Assembly: GCF_006345805.1 (NCBI RefSeq)
Contig: NC_043020.1
Coordinates: 19,840,001 to 19,904,000 of the forward strand
Origin: Octopus sinensis
Taxonomy: Eukaryota
DNA length: 64,000 bases
Direction of reading: 5' to 3'
Positions 1 through 12,212 of the stretch are shown one piece after another; positions within the stretch are counted from its first letter, which is position 1, and the number at the start of each line of letters is the position of its first letter. Under the pieces are notes generated by a model. The model ran no database searches and was not told the DNA's origin. It saw only the letters and a list, made by a program, of their open reading frames with translations. Position numbers and translations under genes: made by a program.

Positions 1-146
1 ACGCAAACAATGAGAGAACCAAATGGCAAACAAGACAAGTGACATAAAGAAGGACCCTTCATCAGTTGTCAGCTGTCCATCTACTCCTCATTTCGAGCAT
101 TTAATGACAATATGAGGCTTTGAAAGGCAGTTGCTCCCACGAACCA

Positions 147-177
<31 letters not shown>

Positions 178-233
178 TATTTATATTATTATATGATTGA
201 ATGCCACACATCCATTTCCAAGTAAGTTTATCT

Positions 234-265
<32 letters not shown>

Positions 266-272
266 TATATTT

Positions 273-440
273 ATACACACATGAGGGGGTACCCAAAAGA
301 AACCGGAATTTTGCAATATCATTTTATTCACTTAGCTTTACATGTTTACACTTTTATTGCCTTCAAAGTATTCTTCATTTGAAGCAATGCATCATGTCCA
401 ACATAGTCTCTTGTCACCACAACATACAACAATAAGATAG

Positions 441-482
<42 letters not shown>

Positions 483-659
483 TATATACACACATGAGGG
501 GGTACCCAAAAGAAACCGGAATTTTGCAATATCATTTTATTCACTTAGCTTTACATGTTTACACTTTTATTGCCTTCAAAGTATTCTTCATTTGAAGCAA
601 TGCATCATGTCCAACATAGTCTCTTGTCACCACAACATACAACAATAAGATAGGTGTGT
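273..659. repeat. Exact tandem duplication, 213-bp period, (TA)n-bounded
   Basis: 273-446 and 486-659 are identical by eye. Confidence 0.9.
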
Positions 660-1010
660 ATATATATATATATATATATATGTATATAATTAAGTATCTA
701 AGTCTTCCCCAATGTATAACAGCAACAAAAATATAGAAACAATTACATTTTCAATACAAGAGGCTATCTTGGACATGAAATGGTTTCGACTGGTATGTGT
801 TTGAGATGTAATGAAGTGAATTTCGATGGTTGTGGATTGCACTTGCTTGGTTCTATCATCCGTTGGACTGTTTTTTGTTGTTTTTTTTAATTGTAATTGA
901 TGTATGATTGAATAGTTAACGTTCACGCTCGTAATACAGAGACATTTGAATTAATTTTTACAATCTAACCGTTCTTTCACACGGAATTTCATCTATCTTT
1001 AAATCATGAC

Positions 1011-1032
1011 CCGGAAGTGACGTTATATATAA
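1011..1032. promoter_or_regulatory. Overlapping ETS-CRE motif CCGGAAGTGACGT followed by TATATAAG
   Basis: Exact motif at 1011-1023 inside a locally CpG-retaining unique patch (about 780-1025). Confidence 0.4.
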
Positions 1033-4000
1033 GGGAACTGTTATTATGTATGTATATCAGAAAATGTACATAAGTTGAATAAATTTGTTGGCCTTTTATA
1101 GTTTTTTTTTTAATAACTGTTAATTTATATAATATTATGTTATATTATATTCATAGTATATTATGTAATATTATAATATAAATAAATTATTGGATTGTCA
1201 ATAGTATCTCTCTATTTAATTTATCTTTATATATATATATATATAGGTATTTAAATGTTTCTCAAAATATACATATACTTCATTTTAATGGTTGTGAAGA
1301 ATTGAAAGGATGTTGTACTTTAGGTGCAGGCATGTTGTGGTTAAGGAGATCGATTTGCATTCATGTGGTATCAGGTTCAGTACCACTGCATGGCACCTTG
1401 GGCAAGTGTCTTCTACTATGGCACCAGGTAGACCAATACTTTTGAAAGTGAATTTGAAGAATGGAAACTGTGCTAAAGCCTTATGTATGTATGTATGTTT
1501 GTATATGTGTGTGTATATATATATATACACACATGCACATATGTATGTGTGCTTGTGTGTCTGTCTTTGTGTTTGTGTTGACAACCAGTGTTGGTTTATG
1601 TCTCAGTAACTTCGTAGTTCAGCAAAATGACTGATAGAATAAATATCAGACTTAAAAAAATTAAGTGCTGGAGTAGAATTGTTCAACTAAACCCTGCAAG
1701 GTGGTGCCCCAGCATGGCTGCAGTCCAATGACTGAAACAAGTAAAAAAAACAATGGAAACAAGTAAGAAAACAAAAATATGAAGAAAAAAAGACCTTGAT
1801 AGCATTAGTGATTAAGTGTGGTCGAAGACAGGGGGAATAACTCCAAAATCGAAATCTATAAAAATTCAGAAGGGTTTTAGGGAATTTAAATTTATTTTTT
1901 ACCACTGGGTCAGCAAGGGCAGCACTCATTACCCTTAATTTTACAGAACTGCTGAGATAAGGTTTTGTGAGCACCAACTAGTAAAAATCAGAAGGAACAT
2001 TGTTTATCTTGCTTCATTGCACGCGGACACGTTTAATTTGATCTACAGCATTCCAATATAACTTAAATTTCTTTCCAGAACAGCTATGCCTGAAATGTCA
2101 ACACTCATCTCCACTGCACCCGCTTCTATGCAGGGTGCATCTGCATGCTAACACATGTTTTACAACTAGTGCACAATAGAAACTAAAGTATACATAAAAG
2201 GTTTTTTTTTTTTATAATTGCTAAGTTAATAATATTTATTACACTGAATTAATTAATAATTATATATTATTAATTAATAATTATACATTCAGTATAAAGC
2301 ATCCTTGGCACAGATATGGATGTGTGGTTGAGAAGTTTGCTTGGGTTCAGTTCCACTGCATGGCACCCTGAGCAAGTGTCTTCTATTGTAACCTTGAGTT
2401 GACCAAAGACTTGTGAGTGGCTTTGGTTGATGGAAAATGAAAGAAGTTGCTGCTGCCACCACCACCACCACCATCATCATTCTCTTTCTCCTCTTCATCT
2501 CCATTCAATGTCCATTTTCAATGCTGGCATGGATTGGACTGTCTTTTTCAATTAATTTGGGGAATGAATTTGGATTAGTTTAGTAAAATTAACTTCTATG
2601 TTTGGAACCAAGTAAAAAATTCTTAGATAAAACTATATGAAGATTTAATTTGAATACAAATATTTTTAAATAAGGACCAGAGGCAGTCGCAAGTGAGATG
2701 GTATCAAAAGAGTTACCAATTTCAGTAAAACTGAAAGAAAAAAAAGTCCCAGGAAAATAGCAATGGCCTGCGTAGACATGAAATGAAAACATAAAAGTAA
2801 AAAACATTATTAAAAAAAATAATAATTGCATATTTATTCTTAATATGTCCAAGCAGATTCAAGTGCAAAATATACAACTAATTGTTGTGTATGTCAGAGG
2901 AGATAAAGTTCTCCTTCTTAAGATGACAGTGTGTTTGTAACAAGCTCCGTTTCTTGGTGCAAAGGATTCTGGAACACAGTTGTTTCAGCATATCATGTCT
3001 CACCAGACAGACACACCCAGGCCTTTGAGCCTAAACAAGCCATTGGCCTTTGCTTATAATTTTAACAAATAAACAGTTTGCTGAATGGTGCTTATATCTG
3101 CCAACTGATAAAATAAATCATTATTTTCACTGTGTTGATAAAAGCTGATAAAATTTGAAAAATAAGCTGGGCTTTTATGCCATGAAGAATACGGAGTTAT
3201 AATGTCTGAAGAATGACCTTTCTTCGAAGAAATGAGAATTCTCTTGAAACAATTACATTGAGGGTTTACATGCATTTGCATATTTGTCAGAGGCCACATA
3301 TGATTTTGTGTGCATCAACTACATTGCTCATCAGGTTTTTATTTGATTTAGTCTTTCAATAAAATTCTCCTTTCTTCACAGAACATCTTCACTGTTCCCT
3401 CTTATATATATATATATATATACACACACACATACATTGTGCATGTGTTTCTATTTGTGTGTACCCATGTCATGACATCATGTGATAGTTATAAATGATC
3501 AGTCACTGTCACACAATTGACATTGTTCATTTCTAATCTGCCATAGAAAACATGTTTGGCCAAAGGGAAATATTACCTTACTTGGAAACAGGTGAAGGTT
3601 AGCAACAAGAAGGGCATCTGGTTGTAGAAAATCTGCCTCAACAAATTCTGTCTTACTCCCATGCAAGAATGGAAAAGCAGACATTAAATGATGATGATGT
3701 TTCAGTGCCCGTCAACATTCATCGAATAATTTACATGTGGCTGTGTGGTAAGAAGTTTGTTTCTCAAGCACATGGTTCCAGGTTCAGTTTCCATGCATGG
3801 TACCTTGGGAAAGTGTCTTCTCTATAGCTTGGGCCAACCAAAGACCTGTGAGTGGATTTGATAGACAGAAACAGAAAGAAGCCTATTGTGTGTATGTATG
3901 TGTGTGTGTGTGTCTTTGTGTTTTTGTTTATCCCCAATCACTGCTAGACAATCAGTGTTGGTTTGTTTATGCCCCTGTAACTTAAAGAGTGATAGGATAA

Positions 4001-4278
4001 GTACGAGGCTTATAAAAATACATACTAAGATCAATTTGTACAACTAAAATTCTCCATGGTGGTGTTCCAGCATGGCTACAGTCTAATGACTGAAACAAGT
4101 AAAAGATAAAACACAAGCTTTTGTTTGCAGCAACTTCTAAAAATATGAAGAAACTTTGCTCATTGTGCTTCATGGCACACAAACACGTCTTTGTTTTACA
4201 AATACAGCTGTACCAATTCTTTAGACTTGAAACTGACTTTGGCCAAATTAATAAATGAAAGGTAACAGAAATATTTAC

Positions 4279-4507
4279 CTGAATGTAATGGAGGGTTTTA
4301 TTACGGGTTCTAGAAAGGTTCTGTGATTTCTCTATCTCATCTTTCACAATGTCAACCAGTTGAAGATTAGCATCGGATTTGACTTGAGCCTTCTTTATCT
4401 GCCAGGGACTAATTACTGGAGGAGGAGGAGGGCTGGTGGGAGATGTAGCTTCCATTGAGCTAGATCCCTCTGAAAGTTTCTGTTTTCTACAACTTGTTAA
4501 GCCCCAA
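4279..4507 (-). CDS. IBTK: IBTK coding exon 23 (probably penultimate)
   Basis: ttattgtag|T...CAG|GTAAAT; WGLTSC...SPW...LQLVDIVKDEIEKSQNLSRTRNKTLHYIQ (compare IBTK FASIVEEE...LIRSREKPLALIQ); 229 nt, phase 2 to 0. Confidence 0.88.
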
Positions 4508-5493
4508 CTACAATAAAGATATAAATATACATAAGTAAATGTGTGGTGTGTGTGTGTGTGTGGATGACTGGTGACTTCAATGGACGTGTTGGGTAGCACT
4601 TGCGCGCCTTCGACAGTGTGCATGGTGGCCATGCAGTTAGTTCCAGCAATGAGGAGGGAACGAGGCTACTGCAGCTCTGTGATGCAAAATAAAACCTTAT
4701 GATCTGCAACAGCAGCTTCGGAAAGCCTGCCAGTCACCTGATAACCTATCAATCTGGTGTCCATATTAGCCAGATTGACCACATTCTCACCAGAAAGTGA
4801 GATGCATGGTTGCTCATAAATGCGCAGACCTTCCCTAGTGAAGGTTAGTCAATAGTGACTTCAGACTGAAGGCTAAAAGGATTCCAAGTAGAGCAGTCTG
4901 GAAAAGAAGGATCTAGAAGCTTAAGGATCCTTTGAATAGTCAGAGATTTGGAGATGTCCTAATATACAGTAGTGGATTGGAATCAATAGAAACTTTATTT
5001 TTAAACTTAATCCTTCTGTTGAAATATACTGCCTTTGTAAAATACTTTTTAAAATATTGAATAATTAACTAAAATAACTGATATTATTAATCAGGTGTTT
5101 GCAACATAAATTAACATGAAATTTCGATGGAAGTTTGTGTCATGGAACAGATTTGTTCTATGATACAGACTTTCTTTAAAACAGGAAGTTAAGAAGCAAA
5201 CACTTTAGACAGTATTCCATTACTTTTGTGTCTGGTGACATAAACACTGTTCTGTAAATCAGCCAACATGCTTATATGTCAGTTCACATGTTTTTGTGAT
5301 ATATGCTACACAACACTGCATTACCACACATGCTTATATGATATATCAGAAATGCAACATGTTTATATGAGCTGTCATACATTAATGTATTAGTCCACAT
5401 GTTTATATCAAACATCATAGACAGTTTGGAGTCAGTTCACATATTTATATGATTTATATACATAATTCCAGCACTAAAATCCGAAATTCTTAC

Positions 5494-5568
5494 CTGAAAG
5501 TATTTTTATTATTTTCATGGCTCCCAGACTTTGCTGCTTTTAGATTCTGGCACCGACTCTTTACCTCC
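5494..5568 (-). CDS. IBTK: IBTK coding exon 22
   Basis: tttttag|G...AG|GTAAGA; EVKSRCQNLKAAKSGSHENNKNTF; 75 nt, phase 2 to 2. It fits the flanking phases but I recognise no homology. Confidence 0.65.
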
Positions 5569-6492
5569 CTAAAAATAATGAAGCAATATCAAACATTATC
5601 AACATGCACAGACGAGAGAAAAATGAAGCTAGTATATGCAAACAATACTCAAATCAATACCAAGACTTGCCAAAGTATTATTGTATCTAAGTTTTTATTT
5701 CTTTTTCATCATTTATGCCTTTAATAGCAACATCAGCATCAGGACTTCCTATTTCATTTTGTAAAAAATATATATGGACATGGCTGTGTGGTAAGAAGCT
5801 TGCTTCCCAACCGTGTGGTTCCGGTTTCGCCTTAGGCAAGTGTCTTCTATTATAGTCTCAGGCTGACTAAAGCCTTCTGAGTGGATCTGTTAGACGAAAA
5901 CTGAAAGAAACCCATCGCATATATATATCATAATCATCATCATCGTTTAACGTCTGCTTTCCATGCTAGCATGGGTTGGACGATTTTGACTGAGGGCTGG
6001 CGAACCAAATGGCTGCACCAGGCTCCAATCTTGATTTGGCAGAGTTTCTACAGCTGGATGCCCTTCTAAACGCCAACCACTCTGAGAGTGTAGTGGGTGC
6101 TTTATATATATATATATATATATATACTCTTTTACTTGTTTCAGTCATTTGACTGTGGCCATGCTGGAGCACCACCTTTAGTCGAGCAAATCGACCCCAG
6201 GACTTATTCTTTGGAAGCTTAGTACTTATTCCATCAGTCTCTTTTGCCAAACCACTAAGTTACGGGATGTAAACACACTACCATCAGTTGTCAAGCGATG
6301 TTGGGGGACAAACAAAGACACACAAACATTTACACACACATACATATATACGATGGGCTTCTTTCAGTTTCCGTCTACCAAATCCACTCACAAGGCTTTG
6401 GTCAGCCCAAGGGTATAGTAGAAGACACTTGCCCAAGGTGCCATGCAGTGGAAATGAACCCGGAACCATGTGGTTGGTAAGCAAGCTACTTA

Positions 6493-6524
<32 letters not shown>

Positions 6525-6528
<4 letters not shown>

Positions 6529-6753
6529 TAATCAATGAAATTCTAACTTAGTCTGATTTTCATGTTTTATTATTTTGCAATTTTTACAATTTTACAATAT
6601 TGAAATAAACTAGTACTTTCATGCATTACACAATCATCAGGTTTATATAGTGACGGTAGTGTTCCACAATTGACAACTGTTGTGTAAAATTGTAAAAATA
6701 AAAAATAATAAAACATGAAAATCAGACTAAGTTAGAATTTCATTGATTAATAT
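6525..6753. mobile_element. MITE-like hairpin element
   Basis: Perfect inverted arms of about 52 bp (ATATTAATCAATGAAATTCTAACTTAGTCTGATTTTCATGTTTTATTATTTT), extending imperfectly to about 70 bp. Confidence 0.65.
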
Positions 6754-7185
6754 ATTATTCTATACACAATCATACAAACATGGAGATATATATATATATA
6801 TATATATAATTATTATTTGAGGGAATAAAATCCAAACTTACAAGGAAAAAAATTCAATTTAGAAATACTAAATCAAATTTCACACAATATAATATATATA
6901 TAAAAAATTAGGAAAAAAACACCTTTTATCAATTCAAAATGAACAATTAAATTACACCATCTGGAAAATTACATATAATAGAAAAGTTAAAATTAAAATA
7001 ACAATAAAATATAAAGATTAAGTAAATTGCAAAAACAATAATATAAACGTATATAATAGGTAGAAAAACGACACGTGTTTCGCGGCTATATTTAAGAAAT
7101 GATTATAGGAGTAGAGAAATCACTTTGGTTTCTAGATGGTGTAATTCAATTGTTCATTTTGAATTGATAAAAGGTGGTTTTTTTC

Positions 7186-7252
<67 letters not shown>

Positions 7253-7916
7253 GTATATGTGTTTTTATGCCTGTGTTTCTCCCTCATCACCACTTGACAA
7301 TCAGTGTGGGTGTGTTTACATCCCTGTAACTTAGCATATCAGCAAAGGAGACCGATAGAATAAGTACTAGGCTTAAGAAATAAATCTTGGAGTTGATTTG
7401 TTAAACTAAAACCCTTCAAGGCAGTGCTCTAGCATGGCCACAGTCAAATGATTGAAATAAGTAATAGAATAAAAGAATACATCTCCAAGCTTTGTGTACC
7501 TTGAGAAGAGGTTATTCTGGAATCTTATTATTATCTAAAGAGGGGCTCTTCATCCACAGATACTCCCACTCTAATATAGCAAATATTCAAAATGTGAAAT
7601 TGAAATCTCTGACTGATTAGTAAGTTATAGATGTTCTCATTTTATTAATATTCCAAGTGTACTATTGTCACGAAGAAACCATAATTAGTCAGTCATTTGT
7701 CAAACATTCCAAGTGATATTCTAATTGACTAATTGCACCATAGATGCTCCTGCTTATTGAATATGCCTGATGTAATAAACCAAAAGCACTAATTCTTCCT
7801 ATTAAACCAATATTCTAGAAGTGATACCTTGACCAATATATCAGAGATATTCATCACACCCATTTGTTTACTCTATCCAAATGTGATTCTTTAGCCAATA
7901 ATGCAAAGATACTCAC

Positions 7917-7928
7917 TTAGACTTCAGA
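7917..7928 (-). CDS. IBTK: Candidate 12-nt IBTK microexon (exon 21)
   Basis: ttgtttgttttgcttttttcgtttag|TCTGAAGTCTAA|GTGAGT; frame-preserving phase 2 to 2, adding 4 codons (QQ-NLKS-KEVK). No homology support. Confidence 0.55.
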   Translation of the reverse strand, partial: SEV

Positions 7929-8020
7929 CTAAACGAAAAAAGCAAAACAAACAACCCCACCTCACAAACAAACAAACACTCATCATTAAAAAATAATGTG
8001 ATGTAAAAGATTGTAATTAC

Positions 8021-8268
8021 TTTTGCTGTGGCAATTGACTTTGTTGTTCTGCCATGATGTTGGTCAGACTTATCACAGTTTGTGGTGGTGGATGTGGTAG
8101 AGGTTGTGGAGGAGTTCGAGTAGAGCCCGTTCGAGTAGAGCCTGTTTGACTTTTGTCAGGAACTTTCACAGGTGACAAAATTAGGCTCCAAGGATTGTCT
8201 TTGTCACGAGCAGCTGCTGGCTTCTGACAGCTTGTAGATTCTGTAAAACTGTGATTTAAAGCACCAGC
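8021..8268 (-). CDS. IBTK: IBTK coding exon 20
   Basis: ttcacag|GCT...AA|GTAATT; open frame AGALNHSF...NPWSL...PPQTVISLTNIMAEQQ (compare IBTK VDLRTIMEIE); 248 nt, phase 0 to 2. Confidence 0.85.
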
Positions 8269-8915
8269 CTGTGAATTTAGAAAAAATACATAAGAATCAT
8301 AATGAATTCTTTAGAAGCAGTCTTATTCAGGAAACCCTTTATTACACAGGAACAAGATAAAATGTTCCAACATGAGGACTGACATACTTCTAAAATAATA
8401 AAATAATAATTTTTCTGATTATTAACCTCACTTTTAGCAATAGAAAATGTTTGAATATTTATACTAATATTATGCTTTAGCTGGTCTGTTCTGATTGTCT
8501 TCTACAGACATGCATCAGTAAAAGACAAACACAAACACACACACACACACACACACACGCATACATACATCATTTGTTGAGGATATGGGACTTGGAAATC
8601 ATCTTTTATTCTCTCCTGTCAACTGGTATGCTGACATTAAGACTGATCTGCTGAAAACATTTGGCTACTTGCTTAAAGGAGTTCCTAAGCCGGTCGTTAA
8701 TTGTGTCAGAGAGGTTGAAGCTGAACTCAAAACACACAGGGCTGAAACACATACCCCAAGACACTCTAAGAATTCTACAAATCTACTGCTTTCCATTAGA
8801 ATTATTTATAAACTCCAAAAGGATGGAAGGCAAAGTTAAGCTTAGTGGAACTGAATGCAGAGCACAGAAACAGAACTATAAACAGAACTGGATAATTCAG
8901 TCAGTTTGACACATT

Positions 8916-9755
8916 TGAGGGTGGGCTGAGAATTTCATAGGCTGGCTATGAAGGAGTGATGCTAGAGCTGTGAAATCTTGCTTGCATTAATTTCAACCCT
9001 TTTTATTAACGACTGTCTTGTTTCTTTCCAAGTAAAATGATATCTGATAGTTCAAAGAAGACTTCAAAAGAAACTGGTAACAACTTCAAAATGAACAAAA
9101 TCTGGCATCATGGTGTTATTGAGTGCCAGCAGAAAAAGGGTTTAGCCCCCAAGGACCATCATGCTGACATGGTTGCTATATTAGGGGATGACACCCTAGC
9201 TTTATCAACGGTGCAAAAGTGGGCAACTGAATTTAGGAGGAGAAGAGAGAGTCTTAAAGATGACCCAATGTCTGAACATCTTGCAACTGCCACCACTGCG
9301 GAAAACATTGTTTTCATCACATGGTGATGGATGACAGGTGACTAACTATAAATCAAATGCCCAATGCTAGTAGCATATCTCATGAGAGAGTTGAGAATAT
9401 TTTGCACAATGAACTTGGTATGATGAAGGTTTCTGCTTAGTGGGTGCCACAACTTCTGACACCTGATCAAAAGCGCACCAGGCTGATCATGTCACAAGAA
9501 AATTTGACATTGTTTGAGGCAGATCTTAGCTGATATCCTTGAACATTTGCTAGCTCAGGATGAGTCTTGGCTTCATCACTTTGAGCCAGAGATAAAGAGA
9601 CAATCCATGCAGTGAAAACATCCCTCTTCACTTGCTCCAAAGAAGGTCAAGTTCGTTTCATTTGCAGGGGAGATGATGGCCCACATTTCTGGAATGCAAA
9701 TGGCATTGTTTATTGACTATCATCAAAAGGGCCACACAATCAATGGAGAGTACTA
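8916..9755 (+). mobile_element. Mariner transposase relic (3'-truncated)
   Basis: HTH region DTLALSTVQKWATEFRRRRESLKDDP; further degenerate mariner-like residues downstream. Confidence 0.8.
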
Positions 9756-9764
9756 TTAATCTTT

Positions 9765-10082
9765 CTGATTCTGATATTAATGTTCCTTAGCATTTTCTTA
9801 GCTATTAACTCAATTTCAGTCCTCACTGAGTTTAAGAATCTACAAGCGGGCTTTATTACTGAAGTTAGGTTTGTGATCTTTTAGAGTAATAAAAGCTTCC
9901 CTCTTTGCTAAGCATTCGAATCTATCATCAATTTTACTACATTTAGAGAGGAATTTAACTTCATTGTTAACATCATTGTGTCTGTCTATGTTAGTTTTCT
10001 TATATTTAGTGGAAATAGAATCATTCAACAACTTAATCATATACATCATTAGTGATTTCATACACACAATCGTTATCATCAA
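9765..10082 (-). mobile_element. PLE RT N-terminal fragment
   Basis: IDDRFECLAKREAFITLKDHKPNFSNK carries the AFITLKDHK motif typical of invertebrate PLEs. Confidence 0.8.
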
Positions 10083-10760
10083 TATTTATCTCCATGTTCC
10101 ATGCTAGCATGGATATACATGCATTACATACATACACACATACATACATATACATGCATGCATATATATATAATATATACATATAAATGCATACATATAT
10201 ATAAATACATATATAAATTCATATTTATAAATACATATACATATATTCATACATACATATAAAAATACACACACAAACGTACACACACACACATACATAG
10301 AGCTTTGACCAGGAGGAACTGATATCATCAGACAGTCTCCAATGAACATTGAGAGTTTCACCCCCAAATTGTAACATGTTATGGTTCAAGGTCGAAACAC
10401 CCAATGATTGTTGGATACTGTCTGCTGACATCAGTTACTCCTGGCAAAAGTGCCATTCATTTTGGTGAGTGGAAAAGAAGCACTTTTTTCTCGGTGTCAT
10501 CAATAACATAATATATACATAACAAGATTCTTTCAGTTTCTATCAACCAAATACAATTACAAGGTTTTGGTTGACCCAGAGCTATAGTAGAAGACACTTG
10601 CTCAAGGTGCCACACTGGAAGTGAACCCAAGACACAAGGTAGAGAAGCAAGCTTCTTAACCACACAGCCATGCCTGTGCCTGATATGGACAGATATATCT
10701 TTAAAATAACCATCCTATCTTTCTTAATAAATTTAGATAAAGATAATTTTGAAAAAATAC

Positions 10761-11111
10761 CTCATTTTGCATATGTTCAACATTATTGTTATCATATTTA
10801 CTGTTGTTGTTGTTGTTATTATTAGCATTATTGTTGTCATCATCACCATTCTCATCATTATTATTATTCACAAGACTGTCTTTTAGTGGAGATCCATTGT
10901 TATGTACAGCTTCAGGAGTCTTTAATTCACTGAAGGAAAAACTTTTATGACGACTACGGCGCCTTCCAATTTTGTTCTTGATCACAGGTGTGGCTTGAGG
11001 TTTTGGGGTGACTTGTTTACTGCTGCTAAAGTCTTTAGCAAGTTGTTCTAGGTATTGTCTGTCAGGGCCTTCACTAAATGGTGTGATCACTCGATGTTTC
11101 ACAGATTTTAA
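10761..11111 (-). CDS. IBTK: IBTK coding exon 19
   Basis: ttttgtag|TTA...GAG|GTATTT; LKSVKHRVITPFSEGPDRQYLEQ (compare IBTK RVITPYQDGPDISYL), then basic and Asn-rich sequence; 351 nt, phase 0 to 0. Confidence 0.92.
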
Positions 11112-12212
11112 CTACAAAAGAAATAAATAGTAAAAAATTTGGTGACAAGGAAAAAAGAAAAAAATGTATAATGGTCAAGTAGTGAGGTTGATATACTTAG
11201 TTGTGTTGCATTCGCAAGGCAAAGGTGACTCCACATGATCATAAAGTTATGAAACCAAATGGTCAGTTATGCTCTGAGCCAGGCATTTCATCTCACATTA
11301 CTGTAATGTGTACTAAATACTGAGGCAACCTTCTCTCCCCATTGTAGGGTGCTCAGCTGGGTCAGTGGTAGGGACTGAGAGAGTATCTATGTATGCTTGT
11401 GACTACATAAGCACCGAAAACAATTAGTGATAGCACGGTATGTGTTACCAGTCATAGTCACTTGCAAGTGATGACTGTATTTACATTTCTCTAAATGTTT
11501 GGGGCTCCTGTGAATTTTAAAAATCTGGACTGCACAAATTGATGGAATCATGGTCAAAATACCTTGTGGTATTGTTTATGTCCACCAGCATTTTGTATTC
11601 AGATCACACCAAAGATAAGTTTACCTTTCTTCCAGTCACCTACAGGGGTCAATGCAATCAATTGTTTCTCCTCTCCAAAATTTAAAGCCTTGATGTCTAG
11701 GGAGAAACCTGGGATCAGACAAAATCATTAGAATGTCAGGAAAAAATGCTCCCCCACCCCCAAGGGTTGATAGAATGAAGCATCAGCCAAGTCCTGGGAT
11801 CAATGGAATCTATTAGTCTCCTTCCCAAAGAAATTGCTGGCCTTGTGCCTAAATCAGATGTCAGAATCCTTAGCATGTTGGACAAAATGCTTAGTGGCAT
11901 TTCTTCAAGTTCTTTACTTTTTGAATTCAAATACTACCAATGTCAACTTTACCGTTCATCTTCTTTTGAGGTCAATAAAGTGCCAATCAAATATCAGTGG
12001 AGAGTCAATCTAATCAACTAACTCCTTTACCAAACTAAGCCTCAAATTGCTGGCCTTGTGCCAAAATTAGAACGAAAAACAAATCGTTGTCATCGTCTGT
12101 TTGGCTTTGAGCTGGAAATTGAACGGAATACTTGATGTGTGTCTTGTTGTGGCTACCCACTCCTAAAAAATAAAATGGGGAATAGGCCTGAGTATATATA
12201 TATATATACATA

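Noticed and set aside
745-800. First coding exon of a neighbouring gene (minus MSKIASCIEN|GTAATT, or plus MKWFRL|GTATGT)
   Set aside because: Both are too short to identify and no downstream exon could be linked in the window.
1795-1977. Exon-like phase 0 ORF (LVLTKPYL...NAIK) as the IBTK terminal exon
   Set aside because: It has an AG and a weak GT but no resemblance to the IBTK C-terminus or to any protein I recognise.
3982-4632. 216-aa ORF as a single-exon gene or read-through C-terminus
   Set aside because: Only 4279-4507 has splice sites and IBTK similarity; the flanks are intron, microsatellite and SINE sequence.
5680-5760. Coding-looking stretch NEIGSPDADVAIKGINDEKEIKT on the minus strand
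   Set aside because: It ends in a stop and has no convincing donor or pyrimidine tract.
10225-10440. Possible extra IBTK exon between exons 19 and 20
   Set aside because: The good acceptor at 10441-10442 leads to an immediate TAA in the required phase; inner AGs are in the wrong phase.
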